A DNA stretch of 29,402 nt, taken from contig JACQGT010000310.1 of assembly GCA_016199425.1 (NCBI GenBank), forward strand, positions 1 through 29,402. Direction: 5' to 3'. Under the pieces are notes generated by a model. The model was not told the DNA's origin and searched no databases. It was given only the letters and a program-made list of their open reading frames with translations. Below, piece by piece: positions 9,059 to 18,091 of the stretch (position 1 is its first letter; each line of letters starts with the position of its first letter). The position numbers and the translations under genes are program-made. This DNA is from Chloroflexota bacterium. GTDB lineage: Bacteria; Chloroflexota; Anaerolineae; Caldilineales; Caldilineaceae.

Positions 9059-10489
9059 CTAGCTCTTCAGATGTCCCCGCGGGTCCTCCGCAAAGGGCGT
9101 CACGTCCGCGGTCTGAACGTACCAATCCAGCAGGCGGCGTTCCAGGGCACTCTGTACCGCCTGATAGTCTGCCCTGCCGTGGAGGTTCGCCAACTCCCGC
9201 GGGTCCGCGGCCAGGTCGTAGAGTTCGCTGACGCCCGTGGGCCGATGCACCAGTTTGTGGCTGGCTGTGCGCATCATCACATCCCGGCAGACGCTGTTGG
9301 GATGTGTCTGCTGCAACTGGCCTTTGGGGTAGTAGATGTGTTCTGGGCTGCGTGCGAACTGATCCCGCTGGGGCATCCCCTCAAAGCAGTGGGATTCGTG
9401 GGGCGCATAGCCCCCTTCACAGAAGACGGCCCGTTCGGGGTCGCCCGCCGCGCCGTGGAGTTGGGGCGTCAGCGCGCGGGCAAAGTGGGTATGCTCAGCT
9501 TGGATTCCGGCCAAATCCAGCGTCGTCGCCATCACATCGAACAATTCCACCGGCTCGGCCACCGAATGCCCCGCCGCGCCGCCGGGGATGCGGACAATCA
9601 GCGGGACACGGGTGATCACATCCTCGGCTGCGCTGGGCCACTTTTCCACCAGCCCGTAGTCCCCGGCCCAATCCCCGTGATCCGAGAAGACGAAGACAGC
9701 CGTCTCGTCGGCCAACCCGCTGGCATCCAGCGCATCCAACAGACGGCCCAGCAGCCAGTCCACATAGCCGGTCATGCCCAGATAAACGGTCTGAATTTTG
9801 CGCAGCAGCGACTCGTCGATCCGGTCCAGGCGGCGGCTCTCCCGGATCAGCCGGTGAAAATCGGGGCGGTTGGGCAGATCAGCGGGGCGCAGGGGTGGCA
9901 GATCGTCCGGGTTGACGAGGTCGTGCCAGGGCTGGGGCGCGGAGTAGGGGCAGTGGGGCGAGGTGATGGGCAGGTAGAGGCAGAAGGGCTGGGTCGGTCT
10001 GCTCTGCAAAAAGTCGATGCCCGCCTGCACATTGGCGTAGTCGCTGTGCTCCTCCAGCGGGCCGGTGTAGGGGTCGTAGAGAAAGCTGTAGTATTCCGGG
10101 TCGTCCGGGCTGTAGGGGTTGGTACCAAACATTCCTCGCCCCCGCCGCTCGGCCACATCCACGCTGTCGGCGAAGCTCTCCGGGCTGAGGGTGTCGTTTT
10201 TGCCGTACCAGTGGACGGCGTAGCCCGCCTGCTTCAGATAGCGGAAGAGGTTCGGCTCATCCGGGCGCAGCATATGCCAGAGGGTTCGGTGGCCGCGCAC
10301 GTGGGGATACCAGCCGGTCATCAGCGAGCAGCGGGAAGGGGTGCAGACCGAATGCTGCACGTGGCACTGGTCGAAGCGGGTTCCCGCTGCGGCCAGCGCG
10401 TCCAGATGGGGCGTGGGCGCGAGGGGATGGCCGTAGCAGCCCACGCTCTCGGCGCGCAGTTCATCGGGCATAAAGAAGATGAAGTTCAT
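9059..10489 (-). CDS. Sulfatase-family hydrolase (Cys-type, formylglycine-dependent), ~476 aa
   Basis: NFIFFMPDELR, CTPSRCSLMTG signature, SDHGDW, RVPLIVRIP, ELYDLAADPRE; alternative start at 10504. Confidence 0.9.
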   Translation of the reverse strand: MNFIFFMPDELRAESVGCYGHPLAPTPHLDALAAAGTRFDQCHVQHSVCTPSRCSLMTGWYPHVRGHRTLWHMLRPDEPNLFRYLKQAGYAVHWYGKNDTLSPESFADSVDVAERRGRGMFGTNPYSPDDPEYYSFLYDPYTGPLEEHSDYANVQAGIDFLQSRPTQPFCLYLPITSPHCPYSAPQPWHDLVNPDDLPPLRPADLPNRPDFHRLIRESRRLDRIDESLLRKIQTVYLGMTGYVDWLLGRLLDALDASGLADETAVFVFSDHGDWAGDYGLVEKWPSAAEDVITRVPLIVRIPGGAAGHSVAEPVELFDVMATTLDLAGIQAEHTHFARALTPQLHGAAGDPERAVFCEGGYAPHESHCFEGMPQRDQFARSPEHIYYPKGQLQQTHPNSVCRDVMMRTASHKLVHRPTGVSELYDLAADPRELANLHGRADYQAVQSALERRLLDWYVQTADVTPFAEDPRGHLKS

Positions 10490-10518
10490 GGGCAAAGCTC
10501 GCATTTTCGCAGATGTTT

Positions 10519-10550
10519 ATCCGTGTGAATCCGTACAATCCGTGTCAATC
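10519..10550. repeat. ATCCGTG-periodic repeat arm just past the RNA ligase stop codon
   Basis: ATCCGTGTGAATCCGTACAATCCGTGTCAATC, 9-10 nt period. Confidence 0.75.
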
Positions 10551-10553
10551 TTT

Positions 10554-11627
10554 TCATAGGTCTGTCGTGTCTTGCTCGGCTGCTTTACCGAATAAATAGG
10601 CGTCCCCCACATATTTTAGAATAACCCGGCCGATCTTTGCATCCTGGCGCTCCTGCACCGGTTTGACAACGACCCCTTCGCGATCTTGCTTTCCACCCAC
10701 CAACGACGCGCCATCGGAAAGCTGTTTGATGGTGGACAGGCTGAAAGGGCCACGGTACGCCAGGGGCACAGTCTCAATGGCGTACTTTTTACAGCAGGCG
10801 ACGAAGGCATCGTAGTCGAGAAACTTGCCATCGATCATCAAGTCAAAGGCGCGGAAGGCAATACTCTTTTGGCCGTAGGTGTAGGACTGAATGCCAGAAC
10901 CAAAAACTTCGCCGTATAGAATTGCCGTGTGGTGGCTCTGGGCAAAGAGATCGTGCAACAAGTTTTTTACCCCTTCCAGCGTCCAGGGGTACCAGTAGGT
11001 ATTGTTGCGCATTGCCTCGGCGTCCAGCGGCTCTTTGCGCCGTAACCCGCGCGAGCCAGCCATTGGGATCATCTCCCGCTGATCATCTACAGCGGTGTTG
11101 GTTACAAAGCCCACGCGACAATTGGTGCCGTGGAGCTTTTCGGTCGCCACAACCTCTTCCCCCGGGCCAATCACAGCGGGATAGCTGCGCATATTCTCCA
11201 CTTCGGTATAGGCCGGGAAGCGCGGATCATTCGCCGCCGCGTCCCCGGCCTGGGTGCGCACGGGTGGGTAAAATTTGGTTGCGCCATAAAAATCGGCCAC
11301 ATCCTGCCCAACTTCCATCCCCGCTTCCGGCGAGATGACCAGACCAAACGAGGGTTCACCGCGCAGTCTCACCCGGTGGATGACCAGGACGCGCTCGCCG
11401 TTGATGTCCAGTTTTTCCGACAGGTATTGGGTCACACCCAGGCGGTCGGCCACAGCACGCGACAAAACCGTCCCCTGCTCAAAATAGACAACAGGGTCGC
11501 CATCCCGATAAACCCCTTTTTTCACACACATCTGCCAGCCGCCCACTGTCGCCAGTTCCAGCGCATCGGCATTGCTATGGGCGCGCACATCGTTGATGCG
11601 GGTAACTTCGACTTTGATGGTACTCAT
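10554..11627 (-). CDS. ATP-dependent RNA ligase, DRB0094 (Rnl5) family, 357 aa
   Basis: N-terminal HSNADALELATVGGWQ module; motif I TEKLHGTN; LYGEVFG; FRAFDL; REGVVVK; ILKYV; start moved to ATG 11627. Confidence 0.88.
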   Translation of the reverse strand: MSTIKVEVTRINDVRAHSNADALELATVGGWQMCVKKGVYRDGDPVVYFEQGTVLSRAVADRLGVTQYLSEKLDINGERVLVIHRVRLRGEPSFGLVISPEAGMEVGQDVADFYGATKFYPPVRTQAGDAAANDPRFPAYTEVENMRSYPAVIGPGEEVVATEKLHGTNCRVGFVTNTAVDDQREMIPMAGSRGLRRKEPLDAEAMRNNTYWYPWTLEGVKNLLHDLFAQSHHTAILYGEVFGSGIQSYTYGQKSIAFRAFDLMIDGKFLDYDAFVACCKKYAIETVPLAYRGPFSLSTIKQLSDGASLVGGKQDREGVVVKPVQERQDAKIGRVILKYVGDAYLFGKAAEQDTTDL

Positions 11628-11665
11628 TGGCGCTCTTTTCCAAAAGACGTGCTCTGAAAAAAGAA

Positions 11666-11702
11666 CACGGATTGACACGGATGCTCAAGGATTCACACGG
11701 AT
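11666..11702. repeat. CACGGAT-periodic repeat arm upstream of the RNA ligase
   Basis: CACGGAT / CACGGAT / CAAGGAT / CACGGAT at 11666, 11676, 11686, 11696 (10-nt period). Confidence 0.8.
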
Positions 11703-11808
11703 TTTCATGCCCCGTGGCGTCTACCCGCCCATAAGGAACTGATAGATACTTGCCCGTATGACCGCATTCTATCGCTCTTTTTCAAACGAGTAAACTGCAA
11801 AGGGTCGG

Positions 11809-12369
11809 GTGACAGTTGCTCGCCCCTTTGCGCATCTCTTCCCGCCCCACCTCGTGCCCCTACTTATTGAGACCTGTTTTGTAAATTTTACCACTCATCT
11901 GCTTCCTGCCTGGTCAAGCAATCTAAGCAGCCGGCTGGTCAAAGCCCCCAAAGTGCTGCTCAACGATAGTGGCATTCTCGCCTATCTGTCCGGCATGAGC
12001 GAGGCGCATTTGGAGACTTCGCCGACGGCGGCCGGTATATTAATCGAAAACTTCGTCGGAATGGAATTGGTCAAGCTTGCCACGTGGAGCCAGACGCGAC
12101 CTGAGCTTTTCTACTTTCGCACCCACGATGGCAAGGAAGTGGATTTTCTCTTGCAAGACCGCACCGGCGCGGTGGTAGGCGTTGAAGTGAAAGCGGCCAG
12201 CAGTGCGCAGGAGAACGACTTCAAAGGGCTGCGCGCCCTGGCAGATCCGCTTGGCGAGCGTTTTGTGCGCGGGCTTGTCCTGTACACAGGCGACACCCTA
12301 CTGCCTTTTGGCCCTCGCATGCACGCGCTGCCTATCGCCACGTTGTGGTCGCCCATCGGGAACGCTTGA
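11809..12369 (+). pseudogene. C-terminal remnant of an AAA_14-type ATPase + DUF4143 (PD-(D/E)XK-like) protein
   Basis: LLPAWSSNLSSRLVKAPK, ENFV..EL.K, FYFRTHDGKEVDFL..VEVKA are present; the N-terminal P-loop domain and a credible start are absent. Confidence 0.7.
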
Positions 12370-12438
12370 CCCTTCCCGTCGCCTGTTTTCTCGAAATTCC
12401 CCAGCCATCACATCGACACCTTATTCTTTGACGAGTCC

Positions 12439-13821
12439 TTAACGTTGCAGCAGGGGCAGATAGGCCCAGGACCTGGTGGGGACAAACTCATACGCGCCGA
12501 TGTCGAAGGCGGCGGTGACGTCCCCATCGCCGTCCAACGGGCGCGGCCTGCCGTCGAAGTCCAGGGCAGGCGCGGCCAGGGCTGCGCCCCGGTCGATGGC
12601 GGGGGAAGCGCTGGAGAGATGAAAATTTGCGTTCGGCGGGTCGAAGAAGAGCGGGTCGCCTTCCACATACTCCTGCCCGTAGATTTCACCCGTTGCGCCA
12701 CGATAGCCGTCAATCAAATTGTGATCGACGCTGAACGTGGCCTCTGCTACCCCGCTCTCCACCAGTATCTGATAGCCCTGGTTCTGGCTGACGATGTTGT
12801 TACGAACCACCAGATTGGTCACATCCGGGTTGGCGATGTGAATGCCGCCGCCGTTGCCGAAAAAGGTGTTGTTGAGGATGTAAATGTCGGTCATCGGATG
12901 GGTGGCAGCCAGATCGGAGCAACAATTTGATACGTTCAGCCCGACACTGTTGTTGACCGACACGTTATTATAAACCCAGATATTCTCAAGCCCACCGCCT
13001 TTCTCCGCGGCCAGGGCGATGCCGTCATCCGCGGCCACGTCATAGACCAGATTGGCGTAGACCCGGATGTTGTGGGTATGTTTGCTGAAGGCGTCGATAT
13101 AAATGCCCACCTGGTCCAGGTCATAGATTTGATTGTGATGGATCGAGCCGTTGGCCGCGCCATTCTTGGCGTCGATGCCTTCTTTGCGATGGTTGGCGAC
13201 CGGGTTGAAGCCATGCACCCGGTTGTAGCGCACCTCAAAACCGTCCACCTCGGCGATGGAGATATACTCCTGATTCCCGCCGGAACCCGCCCAGACCACT
13301 TCGTTGCTATCCACCAGGACATCCCGCGCTCGAAAGAAAAATATCCCGGACGAGGCAGTGTTGTAAGTGTAGCAGTGCTCCACAATCAGGTTGCTTCCCT
13401 CATCCGCAAAGACGCCGGCGTAGGCCGAATTCACCAGCCGCAGCCCGCTCACCCGCACATAACTCTGGCGGGAGAGGTCGATCACCCCGCTCCAATTCCA
13501 CATATCAAAGCCATCCCCATCGACCGTCGCCGTTTCCCCCGCATAGGCCGCCAGTGTGATAAATGCGCCCGGGCTGCCGGAACGCGTTATCACCACGTGC
13601 TCGTGATAGCTCCCCGCCCGGATGTAGACCGTATCGCCGGGCAGCAGTCTATCCACGGCGTGCTGGATGGTGCGCCAGGGCTGCTCCAGCGTGCCGGGGT
13701 TGGTGTCGTCGCCGTCAGGGGCCACGTAATAAGTCTGCTCCGCTGCCGCGGCCCGGTCAGCGGAGATTGCCACACAAAAGGTCAGAAGCAGAAGGCCAAG
13801 CAACAACGGCAGGCTGCGCAC
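12439..13821 (-). CDS. Secreted right-handed parallel beta-helix protein (DUF1565/pectin-lyase-like fold), 460 aa
   Basis: Signal peptide; YYVAPDGDDTNPGT..QPWRTIQHA; Asn-ladder repeats; C-terminal SPAIDRG..DIGAYE and YLPLLQR; GTG start 13821 with AGGAGA RBS. Confidence 0.82.
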   Translation of the reverse strand: MRSLPLLLGLLLLTFCVAISADRAAAAEQTYYVAPDGDDTNPGTLEQPWRTIQHAVDRLLPGDTVYIRAGSYHEHVVITRSGSPGAFITLAAYAGETATVDGDGFDMWNWSGVIDLSRQSYVRVSGLRLVNSAYAGVFADEGSNLIVEHCYTYNTASSGIFFFRARDVLVDSNEVVWAGSGGNQEYISIAEVDGFEVRYNRVHGFNPVANHRKEGIDAKNGAANGSIHHNQIYDLDQVGIYIDAFSKHTHNIRVYANLVYDVAADDGIALAAEKGGGLENIWVYNNVSVNNSVGLNVSNCCSDLAATHPMTDIYILNNTFFGNGGGIHIANPDVTNLVVRNNIVSQNQGYQILVESGVAEATFSVDHNLIDGYRGATGEIYGQEYVEGDPLFFDPPNANFHLSSASPAIDRGAALAAPALDFDGRPRPLDGDGDVTAAFDIGAYEFVPTRSWAYLPLLQR

Positions 13822-14112
13822 ACCAACTCTCCTTCCCTGTCGAGGGCAGACGTGTGAACGGAGATTTCCCGACGCACCTCGACGATCCACCAACCATCAC
13901 ACCAGATGAAGCCGCTGCATCAGCCTGCGCGCCTCGTCGGCCCGATCCAGGCAAAACTCGCACAGCATCACCCAGCCGGCCAGCACTTCCGCGGCGGGGC
14001 GACCATACATCGCGGGAACATTGACGCCCGAGGCCGGGTCCAGCATCACCGCTGCCCAGCCGGGCAGCGTGGCCCCTTCCGCAGAGCAGCGCAGGCTGTG
14101 TAGCCCAGCAGT

Positions 14113-14157
14113 AGTATAGCACCCTTCGACTTGCTTGTCTTGCCATTTCTTGCCAAA
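14113..14157 (-). promoter_or_regulatory. Extended -10 promoter with upstream 17-bp motif (site A)
   Basis: Minus strand TTTGGCAAGAAATGGCA-N19-TGCTATACT. Confidence 0.65.
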
Positions 14158-14246
14158 TGTGATCGTCTGCCCTTCCATTTACCCAATACGATGATGCTTG
14201 TTTTCGCAGGAGGAGATCGGGCGATATACTACATCCTCGAGGCCAC

Positions 14247-14309
14247 GATTCCGGGAATCGGCCACAAAATTTCTCGAATTCCTGCCATCGCTTGGCCGAT
14301 TCCGGAATC
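14247..14309. repeat. 64-bp hairpin element, copy with a 1-nt deletion in the right arm
   Basis: GATTCCGGGAATCGGCCA (14247-14264), 28-nt spacer, TGGCCGATTCCGGAATC (14293-14309). Confidence 0.88.
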
Positions 14310-14346
14310 AGTGTCGATTTGCTTGACGATAGGGAGTCTAATATCC

Positions 14347-17300
14347 ATGCGATACACGAGCAGATCAATTATCTCACCAGTGCTGATTGGGCGGGTGCGA
14401 GAAATGGAAGTCCTGGAGATGGCCTTGCGCACCGTCCAGCAAGGCACAGGGCAGATCGTGCTGTTGGCTGGCGAAGCAGGTGTGGGCAAGAGCCGGTTAG
14501 TCGCTGAGATCCGCCAGCGCGCGGTTCGCGAGAGCTTTACCATTCTGGAAGGCTGTTGCTTTGAGCGTGACCTGCTCTTTCCCTACGCTCCGTTGATTGA
14601 CGCCTTGCGGGCCTTTTTGGCAACGCAACCGACGGTCGCGATAACGGACTTGCTCGGCGCGCTGGCCGCGGAACTTGTCAAGCTATTGCCTGAACTGGCG
14701 CTGGCGCTCCCTCAGGTGCAGTCTACGCGCGCGCTTGACCCCGAAGCAGAAAAACGACGCCTCTTCGAGATGCTGGCGCAATTTCTGATCAGATTGACCC
14801 AAGCACCGAGAACTGCACCTCTCCTGCTGATCCTCGAAGACCTCCACTGGTGCGATGAAACCAGCCTCGACTTTCTTCACCTCCTGGCCCGCCGGGTGAG
14901 TGCGTGCCCCGTTCTTGTGTTGGCGACCTATCGCCGTGAAGAAATCTCACCGCACCTCCAGCAGCTATTGGCCCAGTTGGGCCGCGGGCGACTGGCGCGC
15001 GAAGTCGTGCTTTCGCCCCTCACACAGAGCGAAGTCAATGCCCTGCTGCAAATCATCTTTGATTTGAGTCGCCCCGTGCGCGCCGAGTTTTTGGAGGCAA
15101 TCTACGCGCTGACCGAAGGCAACCCCTTCTTTATCGAGGAGGTGCTGCAAACGCTGATTGCTGCTGGTGACATCTTCTATGCCGATGGCAAATGGAACCG
15201 CAAGTTCTTGGAGGAGTTGAAAATTCCGCCCAGCGTACAGGAGGCTGTGCAACGCCGCACGGCCCACTTGAACGACGCCGCCCGTCAGCTTCTCACGTTG
15301 GCCGCGGCCGTCGGACGGCGCTTCAACTTCGCCCTGCTGCAACAGTTGGCCGGACGCGACGAATCCGAGCTGCTGCGGTTGCTTAAAGAACTGGTGACGG
15401 CGCAACTGGTGATCGAAGAGACGACCGAGCAGTTTGCCTTTCGCCATGCCCTCACCCGCCAGGCAGTTTATGGCGGGCTGTTGGCGCGCGAGCGCCAGGT
15501 GTTGCATCGCGGGATTGGTGAAATCATCGAGCGCATCTACGGGGATGTACTCGACGCGCATGTCGCTGATCTTTCCTACCATTTTTATGAGGCCGGCGAG
15601 TGGGCCAGGGTGCTGGATTATGCCCGACGCGCCGGCGAAAAGGCGCAAGCCTTGTACGCGCCGCGGGCTGTGATCGAACATTTTACCCGCGCGCTGGTAG
15701 CTGCGCAGCGCCTGGAACAGGTGCCTTCCCTCGCGCCTCTGGTTCGCGCGCGTGGGTTGGCCTATGACATCCTCGGCGACTTCGAGCCGGCGCACGCCGA
15801 TCTCGAGAGAGCGCTGGAACTGGCGCGGGGGGCGGGGGATCGAGCGGCGGAGTGGCAGGCGCTGGTCGATCTTGGCAAGCTGTGGGCGTCGCGTAACTAT
15901 GCGCAAACCGGCGCTTATTTTCAATCTGCTTTGGACCTGGCGCGTACCCTGGATAACCCCACAACTCTTGCCCACAGCCTGAACCGTATGGGCAATTGGT
16001 GCATCAACGTCGAACAGCCACTGGAAGCGACGCGTTGCCACCAGGAAGCGCTGGCCATCTTTCAAACCCTGAACGACCAGCGCGGCCTGGCCCAGACATT
16101 CGATCTTCTGGCCGTGACGAGTATGCTGGGCGGCGATTTGATTCAAAGCGCAGCCTATAACAAACACGCGGCTGCGCTTTTTCAAGGCTTAGACGACCGC
16201 CAGGGGCTGGCATCCTGTCTGGCATTCCTGGCGATGGGCGGCGCCAACTACTCTACCGATACCGTGATTCCGGCGGCGATGAGTGGCGTCGAGTGCCAAC
16301 AGTGCGTTGAGCAGGCCGTCCGGATCGCGCGCGAGATTGGCTGGCGCGCCGGGGAAGCCTTTGCCCTGATTTTGTCGGGCTATAGCCTGTGGGCGCAGGG
16401 GCAGTACGGGCGCGCATTGGCGAGTATAGAGCGCGGGTTGGAGATCGCCCAAGAGATTGAGCATCGCCAGTGGATGGGCCTTGCCCATCGCAATTTGGGC
16501 GCGCTCTATCTCGACTTGCTGGCGCTGCCCGCGGCGCGGCAACATCTGGAACAAGCCTTGCGGTTGGCAAACGAGATCGGCTCCCTGTATCATGCGCGTA
16601 TCGCGACAGGGTTTCTTGTCTCCGTCGCAATTTTGGAGCATAAGTATGCCCAGGCGGAAGTTCTTCTGGATGGCGCGCTCCGCCCTGACCTGCCGATGCA
16701 AACGTTGGCGCAGCGGGGGATTTGGCGCGGGCGGGCCGAGCTTGCCCTGGCCCAAAAGGATCCCGATCTGGCCTTGCAGATTGTCAACCGGCTGATCGCC
16801 TCGGCGGCGAACCTGGACACGCGCGAGGCCGGCGCCATCCCCAGCCTGGCCCGATTGCAGGGGGAGGCGCTGGCCGCGCTCCGGCGCTGGGCCGAGGCCG
16901 AGGCCACGCTTCTGGCCGCGTTGGCGACGGCGCAAGCGCAAGGCGGGCCGCGGCTACTATGGCGCATTCACCTGGCGCTGGGCCGGTTATATCAAGCCCA
17001 GAGGCAGCGTGGGGAAGCCGAGCAAGCGTTTGCCGCCGCCCGCCAGGTCGTGGAAGAAATCGCCGCCAATCTGCCTGACCCGCATCTGCGTGACCATTTT
17101 CTGCGCCAGGCCCTGGCCCTGATTCCGCAACCACAACCACTCTCACCGCTGCAGGCGGCCAAACAGCTCTACGGCGGGCTGACCCACCGCGAGAGCGAGG
17201 TGGCCGCGCTCATCGCTCAGGGCAGATCCAACCGCGCCATTGCAGAGGCGCTGATCCTCGGCGAGCGGACGGTAGAAGGATACGTCGCCAATATCCTGGC

Positions 17301-17382
17301 CAAACTCGGGTTTTCCTCGCGTACCCAAATTGCCAGTTGGGCCGTCCAAAAAGGTCTTTTCGCCACGGATGAACACGGATAA
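14347..17382 (+). CDS. Large ATP-binding LuxR-family (LAL/MalT-like STAND) regulator: AAA_16 ATPase, TPR, LuxR HTH, 1011 aa
   Basis: Walker A GEAGVGKSR, LILEDLHW, EGNPFFIEE, FRHALTR, TPR helices, GLTHRESEVAALIAQGRSN..IA..L..TVEGYVANILAKLG; GGGAG RBS before ATG 14347. Confidence 0.92.
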   Translation: MRYTSRSIISPVLIGRVREMEVLEMALRTVQQGTGQIVLLAGEAGVGKSRLVAEIRQRAVRESFTILEGCCFERDLLFPYAPLIDALRAFLATQPTVAITDLLGALAAELVKLLPELALALPQVQSTRALDPEAEKRRLFEMLAQFLIRLTQAPRTAPLLLILEDLHWCDETSLDFLHLLARRVSACPVLVLATYRREEISPHLQQLLAQLGRGRLAREVVLSPLTQSEVNALLQIIFDLSRPVRAEFLEAIYALTEGNPFFIEEVLQTLIAAGDIFYADGKWNRKFLEELKIPPSVQEAVQRRTAHLNDAARQLLTLAAAVGRRFNFALLQQLAGRDESELLRLLKELVTAQLVIEETTEQFAFRHALTRQAVYGGLLARERQVLHRGIGEIIERIYGDVLDAHVADLSYHFYEAGEWARVLDYARRAGEKAQALYAPRAVIEHFTRALVAAQRLEQVPSLAPLVRARGLAYDILGDFEPAHADLERALELARGAGDRAAEWQALVDLGKLWASRNYAQTGAYFQSALDLARTLDNPTTLAHSLNRMGNWCINVEQPLEATRCHQEALAIFQTLNDQRGLAQTFDLLAVTSMLGGDLIQSAAYNKHAAALFQGLDDRQGLASCLAFLAMGGANYSTDTVIPAAMSGVECQQCVEQAVRIAREIGWRAGEAFALILSGYSLWAQGQYGRALASIERGLEIAQEIEHRQWMGLAHRNLGALYLDLLALPAARQHLEQALRLANEIGSLYHARIATGFLVSVAILEHKYAQAEVLLDGALRPDLPMQTLAQRGIWRGRAELALAQKDPDLALQIVNRLIASAANLDTREAGAIPSLARLQGEALAALRRWAEAEATLLAALATAQAQGGPRLLWRIHLALGRLYQAQRQRGEAEQAFAAARQVVEEIAANLPDPHLRDHFLRQALALIPQPQPLSPLQAAKQLYGGLTHRESEVAALIAQGRSNRAIAEALILGERTVEGYVANILAKLGFSSRTQIASWAVQKGLFATDEHG

Positions 17383-17390
17383 ACGCGGAG
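17364..17390. repeat. CACGGAT-periodic arm overlapping the LuxR stop codon
   Basis: CACGGAT 17364, CACGGAT 17374, CGCGGAG 17384; the TAA stop at 17380-17382 falls inside it. Confidence 0.75.
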
Positions 17391-17473
17391 TCACCCCACC
17401 CTAACCCTCCCCAGATTGGGGAGGGAACTGTCACGACTCCTCACCCAATCTGGGGGAGGCTGGGAGGGGGTGA
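17391..17473. repeat. C-rich/G-rich palindromic repeat
   Basis: 30-bp IR 17391-17420 / 17444-17473 (24/30) with internal hairpin CCCTCCCC-agatt-GGGGAGGG. Confidence 0.7.
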
Positions 17474-17487
17474 GCAGTTACCCTGAA

Positions 17488-17571
17488 ACTCCTCGCCCCA
17501 AAAACACCGTACTCCTCGCGCAAAATCCCTGTACTTTCCGCGTTCTCAAGCCACGCTTTTCCTGATAGACT
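17488..17571 (+). promoter_or_regulatory. Tandem ~22-bp direct repeats plus extended -10 upstream of the jacalin gene
   Basis: CAAAAACACCGTACTCCTCGCG / CAAAATCCCTGTACTTTCCGCG (16/22); ACTCCTCGC also at 17488; TGATAGACT at 17563-17571. Confidence 0.55.
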
Positions 17572-17614
17572 CCTTGCACAGAGCGCAACGACTATCAGCG
17601 GGAAACAAAAGAGC

Positions 17615-18052
17615 ATGACTACCAGAAGATGCGGGCCGTCCGGCGGCACAGGCGGCGAAGAGTTCGCGGACGACGTCCTCCCCGAGGACTGGCAGGTTGT
17701 GGAAGTACACGTCCACGCGCGTAAACAGGTCTACGCTGTGCAGATCGTCCACGAAACCGGCGATGGGCGTCGCCATCCGTTTCCTGTCCACGGGAAACCC
17801 GCTGAGCAGCCTTATATCCTCCGCCTGGCTGCCGACGAATTTATTGTCGGGATTAGCGGGCACTGCAGCGCCCAAGTGGATTCGATGCGCATCCACACCA
17901 ACAAACAGATTTCGCCGCTGTTGGGCGGTGACGGTGGAGGCGGAGCCTTCATCTATGAGGCAGCGTCTGGCAGCGAGATCGTCGGTTTTTTTGGCCGCGC
18001 CGGTGACGGCTTGCACGCGATTGGGGTCATCCTACGCGGGCGTGGCTTGTAG
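17615..18052 (+). CDS. Stand-alone jacalin-like lectin domain protein, 145 aa
   Basis: GPSGGTGGEEF, EFIVGISG, GGDGG, EIVGFFGRAGDGLHAIG beta-prism pattern. Confidence 0.85.
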   Translation: MTTRRCGPSGGTGGEEFADDVLPEDWQVVEVHVHARKQVYAVQIVHETGDGRRHPFPVHGKPAEQPYILRLAADEFIVGISGHCSAQVDSMRIHTNKQISPLLGGDGGGGAFIYEAASGSEIVGFFGRAGDGLHAIGVILRGRGL

Positions 18053-18091
18053 AGCGTTGGCGTAGAGAGTGCGCTGGAATGGAAGGCGAAT

